A DNA stretch of 64,000 bases from an uncultured Acidobacteriaceae bacterium (GTDB lineage: Bacteria > Acidobacteriota > Terriglobia > Terriglobales > Acidobacteriaceae): assembly GCA_963756435.1 (NCBI GenBank), contig CAVWNU010000023.1, forward strand, positions 34,609-98,608. Direction: 5' to 3'. Below the pieces are notes generated by a model. That model made no database searches, was not told the DNA's origin, and saw only the letters and a program-made list of their open reading frames with translations. Each line of letters begins with the position of its first letter. Position 1 is the first letter of the stretch. Positions 9,397 to 20,085 of the stretch are shown one piece after another. The translations under genes were made by a program, and so were the position numbers.

Positions 9397-11773
9397 TTAC
9401 ACAGACTCGCCCTGGGCAAAACGCGTCGATGCCCTCGGTGAGTCCGTACTTTTCGATCAGCTTCGACCGGCGTACCCGGTCTTTCGGCTTGGTGGAGAAC
9501 GTGGCGTAGCTGCGGCTGTCGAGATTCAGCGTGACAACTTTGGTGAGCCCGTCGCGCCGCATGTACAGCGCCTTCGCGGTCCTGCAAGCTCTCGAACAGA
9601 GCGAGCTGCTGCTCGTTCATCTTGAACAGCTCTGCGTACCGCTTCCGGTTGAAGGTCGCATCCTTCAGGAACAGGAACGACGTGCAGGAGTTCACGATGC
9701 TGTCGGCGTTCTCGCCCAGGTCGTCGGCGGACTGGCCGATCATGGTGACGCCGCCAAGGTTCTTGCGAACGGTCTTGATCGAAGCGAGCGCGCCTTCGAG
9801 CAACTGCTTGTTCTTCATCGAAGAGAAGATCTCTTCGATCAGGATGTGCTTGGGAACGCCGAGATTGGCAGGGTTGTAGAGAACATCGTTGATGCGCCGG
9901 AGCAGCCAGACCATCAGCGGCTCGATCAGGTCGGCATACTGCTCGTTGTTGACGCCCTGGAAGTCGAAGCACTGGAGGCGCGAAAGCGAGAGGCTGTCTT
10001 CGACGTTGTCGAAGATGGCGTTGTAGATGCCCTTGCCAACCCACTTCGACAGATAGCGGTCGAGCTTCTTGGGCAGGAACAGATTCGACAGCCGGCGGTT
10101 CTCCGGGTCGAGCAGGTACATGTCCTGCACGGCCTTGTGGATCACATCGTCGTCTTCCGGCTCCAGCTCCGCGCCGCCATTGGTCAGCAGGAGCTTGATG
10201 AACGAGTAGAGGAACTTGATGTTGCTCTCGGTCGGCTCCAGCGCGAACGGGTTGACGCGCGGGCCGTCTTTGCCGACGCGGTCGACGCGCCCGCCGTACA
10301 GCTCGACGACGCTCTCATAGCTGCCGCCGATGTCGAAGATGTAGGTGAAGCCGCCGTACTTCTGCTCCAGCGCGACGATCTGGTTCCCATGCACGCGACT
10401 TGCCGGTGCCGGTTGGCCCGATGATGAGCATGACCCGCACGCCGTCCACATACACGTCCTGAAAGAACGGCGTCCGTGTGCGCGTCTCGAAGATGTTCAG
10501 GTACTCGGCATCGAGGTCTTCCGAATGCGGATGTCCGATGTGCGGCGCGAACACAGAGGAGAGCCGCGCATGGTGGTCTTCAGCCAGCCACAGCGGGAAG
10601 ACATTGAACTTCTGATTGCCGGGGAACATCGCATAGAACGCAGAGAGATTGCCAAGCGTCTCTTCCATCACCTGGGCGCGGGCATCGACGAAGATCCGAT
10701 GCACAGCGGGAGCGATGTCGCGAAGCTGCTCTGGGCTGCGGGCGGCGAGCAGCAGGCGGAGCGAGAATTCGCCCTGCGCCTTCTTGTCGAGCGAGCGGAT
10801 GACTTCGCTCAGGTCATCGACGTTGTTGTTCGCGGCCTTCGCGCCTGCTCCGGTTTCGAGCGAAGCGTATCGCGTCCGCTCATGACCCGGGTCAGCACAC
10901 CGACTTTGAAAAACGAGATGAACTTCTCCTGCGCGTCGATCTCGCTGCGGGCCGCGGCCGTGGACTTCAGGCGCCATGTCGAGCACAGGACGCTGTCGCA
11001 ATCGAGCGTGAGCAGGCCGGAGAACAGGCACGGCCGCGACGCCTCCGGCGTCGTCTTCAGCGAGAACATCTGGACGTGCCGCTTGCCGACCTGCAGATGG
11101 TCGCTGTGCCATGCAACCGGACTCTTCACGATCTGCCGGTCCACGCCGGTATCGCTGCGGAGCTGGTCGCTGCTCAGCCCACTCTTCAAGATTGAAGAGA
11201 TAGCTGAAGAACTGGAAGCGTCTCGTTCTTGCCGAGCAGCCGCAGGCCCAAGCGAGCTGCCGAGATGGCCTTCAAGAAGCGTCGCCGTCTTCTCAAGCTC
11301 CGCCAGCATCCGCGATGTGTCAGCGGCGTTCTCCTGCGGCTTGCGCTCGAAACGCTTTCACCTTCGACGGCTCCAGCGTGAGGCACCAGTGAAGGTCGAT
11401 CCGCCGGAACCCGCGGTCTTCTCAAGGAAGGCGAGGCGGTCGTTCGACGAACACCTCGCGTGACTGGATTCGCATACTTCTTCTGACGCGGCAGATCGAA
11501 GCCGGACATGACGCGCGTGTACTGATAGAGGCAGGAGCCTTCCGGCAGTCCGCGCAACGCGCCTTCGATCGATCGCACCCGCGACTCAAGCTCCTGGTCG
11601 GTCAGACCTTCTTCATCCATGCCGGTGAGCGAGAACAGGCATCCGTAGCCGCCGCCTTTCAGGGCGAAGATGTTCGGGCCGACGAAGCGCGAGATCGGAA
11701 CGATGCTGCACGCGGCTCCGGCCTTCGCGAACCACGGAGTGTGTTTGAGTTGCTCAGTATTTGCGCGGGTCAT
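9397..11773 (-). pseudogene. virB4: VirB4-family ATPase (frameshifted)
   Basis: LIIGPTGTGKS Walker A, YIFDIGGSY, VNPFALE, ILIEEIF Walker B, KTVRKNLGGVTMIGQS. Confidence 0.85.
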
Positions 11774-12019
11774 AGTAGCTCTTCTGGCTGAGGCTCAGGC
11801 CCCAGAGTTGAAACATCTTTGGGTGTTTGCGAACGATGAGCCATGCGCCGACCGCGAGCGTTGGGAAAGCCGAGCATCGCCAGCAATCGAAACCCAACGA
11901 GGAAAACCGTTACGCAGACGAACACGATCGCCATCCATGCTGAGAGGTCGAGGCCGAGTTTGGCTCTCGGACTGATTCAGCGCTTGATTGATCGGTAACG
12001 GTTCTCCCCGCTTGGTCAT
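11754..12019 (-). pseudogene. virB3: VirB3-family protein (frameshifted)
   Basis: MTKRGEPLPINQALN.. then two TM segments ending ..KHPKMFQLWGLSLSQKSYYDPRKY; overlaps the virB4 start. Confidence 0.6.
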
Positions 12020-12035
12020 AGTCGATTCGCACCTC

Positions 12036-12400
12036 CTACATCGACTGCCCGGTAAGAGAGCCGATCCAGCCAGCGCCCCAGCCGAGAACTCCGGCACCGA
12101 ACAGCGCACCGAAGAGACCAGGAATGGCGTCCTGAAACCGTCCGCTCATCATCCGAATTCCGGCGAAGATCAGACCGCCGAAACAGATGACGGCGCCCGC
12201 GTACATTGCGAAAGTTTTGAACGTTCCCATGAGCGTTTGTGCCCCGGAGAAGTCCATCGTCCCTTGGGCATGGGCAGCACCTGCGAAATGTCAGCGCGAC
12301 GAGCGCTGGGCCCAACATTGCGAGCTGTTCGAATCAGTTGTTGCTTCGAGACAAGGTTGTGCCAATCTCTTAGCGAGACGAGGAATGGCGGGAGATGGTT
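12036..12400 (-). CDS. virB2: VirB2/TrbC-like pilin (signal region frameshifted; start approximate)
   Basis: ..AAHAQGTMDFSGAQTL.. processing-like site then two hydrophobic helices; first gene of the operon. Confidence 0.65.
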
Positions 12401-12660
12401 TTGGGACTGTAGAGACAAGGCTTCTTCGAGATCATCGGCACCTCCAACGGCCTCAAGTTGCCGCGATATGCCGTGAGAGTAGGACGCCGCGATTTTGTCG
12501 TCCAATACGTCTTATTTATCGGGTGATAGCTGCGAAATATCACTCCGACAAAATCGGTAGCACTACGCTGACGGCAAAGTAGAACTATTTCAAGGCTTTC
12601 AATCAAGAATTCATCTGGAATTTAGGGTTCGCAATGTCAGGCGAATTCTGTAGTGCACCC

Positions 12661-13679
12661 TCATCCCAATAGCGACATTTGCTCTGGCTCGGTGTCGTCA
12701 GACCGAGGAGGACGTTTGCCGGACCCCTTCACAGCATGTGGAAGCGGCATCACCTCATGCAAGGTCAACTTTGTTTGTTGACAGCGCCGAGCCGTCTTTT
12801 CAGATGGCGTATCAGTACGGGAATCGTCTTGGGATGACTTCAGTTTGTTGTAGACAATTGCGGTGTCTACGGTCCAGTCAACTCCCATAATGGGTCGAGT
12901 AACCAATTCCGTATCAAGAACTGTGCCCTTCGCGGATCAGGGCGAAGCCATAGCCTTGCTTCACCAAGCTCTTGTATCTCGGTAGGGTGCGAAGCCCGTG
13001 AATATTCGTCGATTTTCAGGCCGGCTTCTGCCAATAGTTCCAGCAGCCGCTCGTGGGCGCTCGGATGCCGTTGCGGATGGTAAAGAATCGTGAGATTTTC
13101 CTGTAAATCGGCTGGCAGCTAAGGCGGCCTTTGCAGCGAGAGGATGGTCTTTGCGAAGGCACACCACCAGTCGGTCCCTGCGGATCTCTTCAATGCGTAG
13201 CCGCAGATCGTCAACCGGCAACGTCACAATCGCCACATCGATCTCACCGGAAATGAGTTCTTCAACGAGCTGAACAGTGTCACCATGCGCTGCCCGTACT
13301 GGACAACCAGGAACCAGTTCTTTGTGAATCCTGCAGGCTTCATGAAACGAGAGCTCGATCGACAGAAGGACGCGCAGCCAAATTTGAGTGCGCGAATTTC
13401 TCCCCGTTCGATTGCAATCAGCGCGGCAATTGCTTCATCGCGGGCATCCAGTAGTCCTTGGGCGATGGGCTTGAAGGCGATACCAGTCGCGGTCAGCCTG
13501 ATGCGGCCATCTTTGCCTTTGCGGAACAGGTGAACGTCAGAAAGATCTTGAAACTGCTTTGCTTGGGCACTGAGATTCGGTTGGGCAGTATGAAGGTATT
13601 CAGCCGCGGCCCTGAATCCTTTGTGTTCCGCAATCGCCAGCAAATACTTGAAGTGACGAAACTCGGCCCAATCGTTCAT
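12661..13679 (-). pseudogene. LysR-family transcriptional regulator (frameshifted)
   Basis: EFRHFKYLLAIAEHKGFRAAAEYLHTAQPNLSAQAKQ HTH; substrate domain fragments (GEIDVAIVTLP, DRLVVCLRKDHPLA) in other frames. Confidence 0.8.
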
Positions 13680-13992
13680 ACCTCAACACTCCGCACGGCA
13701 GGCATGACCATTCTGTCGATGACGGAAGCGAGACGACCGCTAGTAGCCCGTTTTCGTCGGTCGAATTGTGGTTAAAGAGTACCCGATTTATCAACAGCTT
13801 TTCCGCTGACCGCGCAACGTTTCATGGACTTTTCATAGCCGCATCTTGCTCCCGTTTGCGATTCAGCGAAGTGATCGTTCGTAACGATCACCCGATACAT
13901 GAAAAGTATTAGACACAGTGCCAAATAAACCGGAGGCTTGGAGCAAACGCTGGCCATCCTGCGATGGCAACGTCACAGCTCTGGAGACAATT

Positions 13993-14232
13993 ATGGCTTT
14001 GGCTGCAGTCGTCGAACGAATCCCCCTCCGCGATCCTCTTCTGACTGTTGAAGATGTCGCCGCCCGGCTCAACGTGACGAAGGACTGGGTGTGGGATCAC
14101 TCCTCCCGAAAAGCTCCGTATTTGCCCGTGATCCGGATGAGCGATGGCGTACTCCGCTATCGCTCAAGCGAAGTAGAACAATTCATCAGCGAACGGGAAC
14201 GCCTCTCTGCTCTACGGTCTCGGCGTCGGTAG
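13993..14232 (+). CDS. excisionase / AlpA-like HTH protein
   Basis: LLTVEDVAARLNVTKDWVW...LPVIRM..GVLRYRSSEVEQFI; GGAG RBS; directly upstream of the integrase. Confidence 0.8.
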   Translation: MALAAVVERIPLRDPLLTVEDVAARLNVTKDWVWDHSSRKAPYLPVIRMSDGVLRYRSSEVEQFISERERLSALRSRRR

Positions 14233-14279
14233 AATAAGAGCGGCCCACGAATTCTTCCGCCACAGAAATTGAGGAACGA

Positions 14280-15503
14280 ATGGGCAAGTCGCACCAGACA
14301 GGATGGGTATCGCTGCGCGGAAAGCGCTGGTTTGGCTATTTCCGCCAGACAGTTCTCGATCCTGAAACGAACGAGGAACGAGTAAAGAAGGTTTGCGTCA
14401 AACTCGCCCTCAAATCAAAAATGACCAGGGCCGAAGCGCGTGATGCGCTGCGGACGGAGGTCACCAAACAGACTGGCCAGAATCTCGGAGGTAGGGTCCT
14501 TAAGGACAGTTCCACTACCTTCGGATGGTTTGTTCGCAACCGCTATTTCCCGCTGCGAGAGGGGGACTGGCGACCGGAGACGGCGAAGGTGAAGAAGATC
14601 CAGATTGAACAGGACTTGTTGGCGAGGTTCGAGGAGTATCCCCTCGACTCGATCGACAGGTTCATGTTGCAGACCCATATCAACAATCTGGCGGAACGGA
14701 TGTCGCAGGATCGCGTGAAACAGGCGCGCTCCTACCTGAAGTCCATCTTCGGCGAAATCGTCGATCAGGATTTCCTGGTCAAAGACCCGACCCGGAAGCT
14801 GAAGACGCCAAGAAATCTTCGGCCCAAGGATAAGCAGGTCCTGACCTGGGAACAACTCTGGCTAGCTCTTGAACGAACCACCAGGAGAGACCGTCTGCTC
14901 CTGATGCTTGATATGACGGAAGCGCTGCGGCCCAGCGAACTGTTCGCTCTGCGGTGGCGCTCCTTCGATGACGTGGATACGTTGTCGATCACCGAAACCG
15001 TCTACCGGGGGGAGATTCGGCCCTTCGGCAAGACCGATGGAAGCCTCACAGACGTTCACCTGCCTCCGGGCCTGGCTGAAGAGCTCCGCTTGTGGGAGCA
15101 GGAAACCGCCAAAGCCTCTCCGAAGGGAATTGTTTCCCGAGATGCCTTCATCTTCCCGAACTCACGAGGAGGATTCATGGACACGGGCAACTATCGCAAC
15201 CGCGTTCTCAACCCTCTCGCAGAGAGGCTGGAGATTCCTAAACTGAATTTTCAGATTCTGCGCCGCACGATGGCGACACAGGCGCAGAGCATGGGTTCGG
15301 TGAAGGACATCCAGGCGCACCTGCGGCACGCGAAGGCCGACACAACGGCCAACGAGTACATGCAGGAGTTGCCGGAGAGCGTGAAGAGGATGGTCGGAGA
15401 GGTGTACGCGATGCTCACGAAAGGAGGGGAGTCGCAAGACAGTTTGAAGCATTTGCCACAAAAAGCCGCAAAGGCTTCCGAGCAAGTTGCTGTAAGTATT
15501 TGA
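14280..15503 (+). CDS. tyrosine recombinase / integrase
   Basis: ALRPSELFALRW (R), QILRRTMAT, AHLRHAKADTTANEY (H, Y); ends 6 bp from the tRNA 3' end. Confidence 0.92.
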   Translation: MGKSHQTGWVSLRGKRWFGYFRQTVLDPETNEERVKKVCVKLALKSKMTRAEARDALRTEVTKQTGQNLGGRVLKDSSTTFGWFVRNRYFPLREGDWRPETAKVKKIQIEQDLLARFEEYPLDSIDRFMLQTHINNLAERMSQDRVKQARSYLKSIFGEIVDQDFLVKDPTRKLKTPRNLRPKDKQVLTWEQLWLALERTTRRDRLLLMLDMTEALRPSELFALRWRSFDDVDTLSITETVYRGEIRPFGKTDGSLTDVHLPPGLAEELRLWEQETAKASPKGIVSRDAFIFPNSRGGFMDTGNYRNRVLNPLAERLEIPKLNFQILRRTMATQAQSMGSVKDIQAHLRHAKADTTANEYMQELPESVKRMVGEVYAMLTKGGESQDSLKHLPQKAAKASEQVAVSI

Positions 15504-15509
15504 AAGGAA

Positions 15510-15586
15510 TGGTAGGCACGAGGAGACTCGAACTCCTGACCTCTACCGTGTCAAGGTAGCGCTCTAACCAACTGAGCTACGCGCCT
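15510..15586 (-). tRNA. tRNA-Val(GAC)
   Basis: Reverse complement AGGCGCGTAGCTCAGTTGGTTAGAGCGCTACCTTGACACGGTAGAGGTCAGGAGTTCGAGTCTCCTCGTGCCTACCA; anticodon loop TT-GAC-AC; encoded CCA. Confidence 0.97.
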
Positions 15587-15747
15587 GCATGGTGCGAACA
15601 ACGCCCTCAGTATACCAATTGGGCGCGTGCTCCGGGCGGACTCTCCAGCCGCGCTGGAAGCGTTTACTGCGACTGCGGTACGATGGATTTCCAGAAGGAC
15701 GAACTTCCCCGCACGCGTCCCTACTTGATGGACATGACACGCCGCCA

Positions 15748-16317
15748 GTGCTGAAAGACCTTCGCGCCGCGCCCAACCAGTTGACGTTCCTGCGGCTCTG
15801 TATCATTCCCTTCCTGGTCACCGCCGTGCTCGACGGCCGTTACCGCACCGCGTTTGCGCTCTTCATTCTGGCCGGCATCAGCGATGGCCTGGATGGCCTG
15901 CTAGCCCGCATTCTGCAGCAGCGCACCCGGTTGGGTCAGTACCTGGATCCGATCGCGGACAAGCTGCTGCTCAGCACCTTGTTCCTCGTGCTCATGCATC
16001 AGGGGCTCATTCCTCGTCGCGTCACCATCCTCGTCTTCAGCCGCGATGTCGGTATCGTCATCGTAGGAGCGCTGCTTTTCGCCACTACCGGCGCGCGCGA
16101 CTTCCGCCCCAGCCTGTGGGGCAAAGCCAACACCGTAGCGCAGATCATCGCCGTCGCCAGCGCCCTGTGGACGGCTTTTTACGCTCCGCCATTTCTTGTG
16201 CTCGTGCGCAAGCTGTCGCTCATCGCGACCTTCGCGCTCACTCTGATTTCGTGGTTCCACTACACCTTGCGCGAAACGCGCCGGCTGGGCAGCGAGGAAT
16301 CGCGCAGCTCAGTCTGA
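15748..16317 (+). CDS. CDP-alcohol phosphatidyltransferase (PgsA-like)
   Basis: PNQLTFLR, SDGLDGLLAR..QRTRLGQYLDPIADKLL signature; GTG start inferred. Confidence 0.9.
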   Translation: MLKDLRAAPNQLTFLRLCIIPFLVTAVLDGRYRTAFALFILAGISDGLDGLLARILQQRTRLGQYLDPIADKLLLSTLFLVLMHQGLIPRRVTILVFSRDVGIVIVGALLFATTGARDFRPSLWGKANTVAQIIAVASALWTAFYAPPFLVLVRKLSLIATFALTLISWFHYTLRETRRLGSEESRSSV

Positions 16318-16339
16318 GCGCGCAGCCTCGCGCAGGCGA

Positions 16340-16504
16340 TCAGGCGTCGTCGCCTTCAGCAAGCGTCTCCTCACCGCCGTCCTGCGACATCTCCTGATAC
16401 TCGTCGGCGTCGAATACTTCGCCGCACTCTTCGCACTCGACATATTCCACATCGTCTTCGCGCGCTACCACGCGCACCTTGGGGTGCTTGCAGACTCGTT
16501 GCAT
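16340..16504 (-). CDS. small acidic putative Zn-binding protein
   Basis: 54 aa MQRVCKHPKV...VECEECGEVFD (CxH...CxxC). Confidence 0.65.
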   Translation of the reverse strand: MQRVCKHPKVRVVAREDDVEYVECEECGEVFDADEYQEMSQDGGEETLAEGDDA

Positions 16505-16733
16505 GATCAGTATTGGGGAGTTTGGATGGTTTAGCCGGCGCCGACTGCTGCTGCCAAATCGGGCCGGTATGCAGGAGATTGTACCCACGTCCCCGGAAGA
16601 GTCAATGCGGCATTGGGTTGATTGGGGCACAACGGTTTCAGTCCCGCTTCATTACAATCGGGAGAAACCTCTATCAGCCGCCTGATTTTCGAAACGGATG
16701 CCCATTTCCACTGCTGCCATCCTGTGATCACAT

Positions 16734-18593
16734 ATGACCGATCTTCCCCAGCCGCGCCTCTCCCGATTTCGCAATTTTCGCCGCTTCGGCTTGCCCGGGC
16801 TCCTGACGGTGCTTTTCATCGCGCTGCTCATCGGCCAGCACCTCGTCTCCGGCGGCGATCCCTCGCTCGAGTTCAACGCCCCCTCCGCGTTGCCGCCTGC
16901 CAGCGGCCTGGTCGACCAGTCGCCGCTCCGCCTCGCCAGGCAATTGGCTACGCAGGCTGCCGTACCACAGGAGCGCCAATACGCCCAGGATGCCCTCCGT
17001 TTGGCCGATAGCGAGGTCGATCAGGCATTCGCCAGCGCGCTGCGCAGCGCCACCCAGCACGCCCCGCCGCTCACCGGCCAGGCGTTGAAGATCTCCCAGC
17101 GGCTCAATGCGCTCAATGCCCGCATCAAGGCCGAACAGACCGAGGTGACCGCTCGCCAGCACGGTCCGGGCATTGCGGACGACGATCCGCAACTCCAGCT
17201 CGCCCAGGCCCAGCTCGCGCTCGACACCGACGAAGCCGACGAGCTGCATCAGACCCTTATCCGTCTCGGCGGCGACCGTCACGCCCTCATCCAGCAGGCG
17301 CTCGATGAGCACGAGGCCGTCCACAAGGAGGAGACCGGCGCTGCCGTCTCGCAGACCGAGGCGCTGGAAACTCCGGCAGCCCTCACCTCACTCATCGGAA
17401 AGTTCAGCGCCCTCAGCTCGCTGCGCAGCCGGCGCCAACAGCTCCTTGAGGCGCGCAACGCAGCCCAGTTGTTCGCCACGCGTCTTCTCCAGCAACGCAA
17501 TGCTCTTTCGAACGAGACGGAGAATGCCGCCTCGCCGGCCGCAAACGGGGCCGCGGCTGCACCCCAGCCCGCCGACGCCACCACCACCGCAGCTCAGCTC
17601 CGCGCTCTCGCGTCGAATCGCCAATCCATCACGCAGTACGAACACCGCATCCACGACCTCGAAAGCCTCGCCGACGCCTACACCAAATGGGAGGCGCTAG
17701 TCCGCGCGCAGGAGCGCACCATCACGCGTCGCATCCTGCGCGTCTTCGCCTTTATCGTCTTCATCATCGTCGTCACGGTCCTGATCGGCCGCCTGCTCCA
17801 TCGTCTGCTCTCCAGTCGTACCCTGCTCGATCGCCGCCGCCAGCAGACGCTGCAATTCGTCCTCTCGTTCAGCGTGCAGCTCGTCGGCGCGCTGCTCATA
17901 CTGATCGTCATCTTCGGCATGCCGCGCCAGACCCCCACCGTCATCGGCCTCACCACCGCGGGCCTCACCGTCGTGCTCAAGGACTTTATCGTTGCCTTCT
18001 TCGGCTGGTTCATTCTCATGGGCAGGAACGGCGTGCGCGTCGGCGACTGGGTGGAGATCAACGGGGTCGGCGGCGAGGTCGTCGAGGTCGGCCTGCTCCG
18101 CACCACGCTTCTCGAAACCGGCAACTGGTCTGAAAGCGGGCGCCCCACCGGCCGCCGTGTCGCCTTCATGAACAGCTACGCCATCGAGGACCACTACTTC
18201 AACTTCTCCACCACCGGCCAGTGGTTGTGGGAGGAGCTGCACGTCGTGCTGCCTTCCGGCAAAGATCCCTACGCGCTGCGTGAGGCAATCCGCGGCGCCG
18301 TCGAAGAGATCACCCGCGAGGACGCGGAGCTCGCCAGCCGCGAGTGGCGCCGCCTCAGCCAGTTGCACGGCAGCCTCGGCACGCTCTCCGCACAACCCAC
18401 GGTGGAACTGCGCCCCACCGGCGGTCTGGAGGTCGTCGTCCGTTATCTCACCCGCGCACAGGATCGCTTCGAGATGCGCTCGCGCCTCAATCAGCGCCTG
18501 CTCGCCATCCTGCACGCTCCGCCGCAGATCAGCGAAGCGTCACCTTCTGCAGCGAAGGATGCTTCCCCGGCAACGAGCGCAGCCACCAGCTAA
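16734..18593 (+). CDS. MscS-family mechanosensitive channel with long N-terminal coiled-coil region
   Basis: TM helices followed by VRVGDWVEINGVGGEVVEVGLLRTTL. Confidence 0.9.
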   Translation: MTDLPQPRLSRFRNFRRFGLPGLLTVLFIALLIGQHLVSGGDPSLEFNAPSALPPASGLVDQSPLRLARQLATQAAVPQERQYAQDALRLADSEVDQAFASALRSATQHAPPLTGQALKISQRLNALNARIKAEQTEVTARQHGPGIADDDPQLQLAQAQLALDTDEADELHQTLIRLGGDRHALIQQALDEHEAVHKEETGAAVSQTEALETPAALTSLIGKFSALSSLRSRRQQLLEARNAAQLFATRLLQQRNALSNETENAASPAANGAAAAPQPADATTTAAQLRALASNRQSITQYEHRIHDLESLADAYTKWEALVRAQERTITRRILRVFAFIVFIIVVTVLIGRLLHRLLSSRTLLDRRRQQTLQFVLSFSVQLVGALLILIVIFGMPRQTPTVIGLTTAGLTVVLKDFIVAFFGWFILMGRNGVRVGDWVEINGVGGEVVEVGLLRTTLLETGNWSESGRPTGRRVAFMNSYAIEDHYFNFSTTGQWLWEELHVVLPSGKDPYALREAIRGAVEEITREDAELASREWRRLSQLHGSLGTLSAQPTVELRPTGGLEVVVRYLTRAQDRFEMRSRLNQRLLAILHAPPQISEASPSAAKDASPATSAATS

Positions 18594-18641
18594 ACTGGTC
18601 GTCTTACAAGTTGTCATCCCGCATCTCGTCTCGGAAGGTCC

Positions 18642-19448
18642 ATGCAGTTCACTCCAGAGGAAGGCGCCCGCCGCTACCAGGAGACCCTGGTCCCGCTGAT
18701 GTTCGCGCCCTCGGCGCGGCTGCTGGTTGCGCACGCAAAACTGCCCGCCGGCGCGCACGTGCTCGACGTCGCCACCGGCACCGGCGTCGTCGCTCGCGAA
18801 GCAGCACAGGCCATCGGCAGCACCGGTCGCGTCACCGCGCTCGACGCCACCGACACCATGCTCGCGATCGCCCGCAGCCAGCCCGCGCCGCCCAACGCTG
18901 CGCCTATCGAATACATCCAGTCCGCCATCGAAGATGCGGCGTTCCCCAGCGGCGCTTTTCATGCCGCTTTCTGCCAGCAGGCGCTGCAGTTCTTCGACGA
19001 GCCAGGCCGCGCACTCGCGCGCATCCGCCAGGCGCTGCATCCGGAAGGCCGCCTCCACATCGCGCTCTGGGGCTCGGAAGAGGAGCACTCGCTCACCATG
19101 GCCATGCAGCGCGCGCTCCTCGAATGCGGCCTCCGCGACTTTACCGCGTTCCTCACGAAGGTCCATCGCCTGCACAATCCTGCTCTCGTCTACGGCGTCC
19201 TTCGTCAGGGCGGCTTCGTCGTGGAGCACCAGCAATCCGTCGACATCGTGCCCGACGGCGCCTGGCATGCCGCGGACGGCCGTAGACTGCTGGCCGCCAC
19301 TCCGCTTGCCGCCAAATTGGCGCAGCTGCCGCCTGCGCAACTCGCCGCCCTTGGCGATGCATGCGAGCGCCAGCTCGACAACTACACCAAAGACGGCGCA
19401 CTCGAACTGCACTTCCCCGCATACTTTTACATCGCCCGGCCGGCATAG
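18642..19448 (+). CDS. class I SAM-dependent methyltransferase (UbiE-like)
   Basis: VLDVATGTGVVA motif I; FCQQALQFF; LHPEGRL. Confidence 0.88.
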   Translation: MQFTPEEGARRYQETLVPLMFAPSARLLVAHAKLPAGAHVLDVATGTGVVAREAAQAIGSTGRVTALDATDTMLAIARSQPAPPNAAPIEYIQSAIEDAAFPSGAFHAAFCQQALQFFDEPGRALARIRQALHPEGRLHIALWGSEEEHSLTMAMQRALLECGLRDFTAFLTKVHRLHNPALVYGVLRQGGFVVEHQQSVDIVPDGAWHAADGRRLLAATPLAAKLAQLPPAQLAALGDACERQLDNYTKDGALELHFPAYFYIARPA

Positions 19449-19467
19449 CGAGTCAGCTCGCCGACAA

Positions 19468-19995
19468 TCAGCTCGCCGCGGCGTGGTCCCGCGCGTTTTC
19501 CGCTGACTTCTGTTTCAACCACGACTGCCCCTGCGCCGACTTCAGCCACTCACCAGCCACCTGCCGGGTGGCGAGATTCAGCCGGTTAAACATATTAATC
19601 ACCGCAATGTTCAGCACCAGCACCGCGAGTTCCGGCTCATCGTAATGCCGCGCGGCCTCGCCCCAGATCGCATTCGTAACCGGATCTTCGCGATCGCTGA
19701 TTCGCGTCGTTGCCTCGGTCAGCGCCAACGCCGCACGCTCCGCGTCCGTAAAGTAGGGCGCATCGCGCCAGGCGGCCACGGCAAACATCCGCTCATCCGT
19801 TTCGCCGGTCTGCTTCAGCGTGCGGGCGTGCATATCGACGCATACGCTGCAGCCGTTGATCTGGCTCGCGCGCAGGTGCATCAGGTCCAGTGTCCGCGCC
19901 GGCACACTGCCCTTCTTCACAATCGCGCCCAGCGCCATCAAAGCTTGCATCGCATCCGGCACCAGCAACGCGGGGTTCGTTATCCTTGCTTGCAT
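19468..19995 (-). CDS. carboxymuconolactone decarboxylase / AhpD-family protein
   Basis: LRASQINGCSVCVDMH (CxxC..H), FTDAERAALAL, INMFNRL. Confidence 0.9.
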   Translation of the reverse strand: MQARITNPALLVPDAMQALMALGAIVKKGSVPARTLDLMHLRASQINGCSVCVDMHARTLKQTGETDERMFAVAAWRDAPYFTDAERAALALTEATTRISDREDPVTNAIWGEAARHYDEPELAVLVLNIAVINMFNRLNLATRQVAGEWLKSAQGQSWLKQKSAENARDHAAAS

Positions 19996-20085
19996 ACGTC
20001 TTGTTCTCCTATCGGTAAATTGGTCACATCGGACCGCTTTCGTCCGTCACTACCATGACGAAACTCAACGGGAGAATGTGACTGG

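Larger units (their letters stand above)
1..15509. mobile_element. integrative conjugative element (one arm), inserted at tRNA-Val
   Basis: Integrase and excisionase abut the tRNA 3' end; VirB operon, ssb, primase and oriT-like region present; the second att site is outside the window. Confidence 0.85.

Noticed and set aside
7936-10451. Apparent VirB4-VirB9 and VirB9-VirB10 fusion ORFs
   Set aside because: Produced by indels; each gene has its own RBS and start (9367, 8520)
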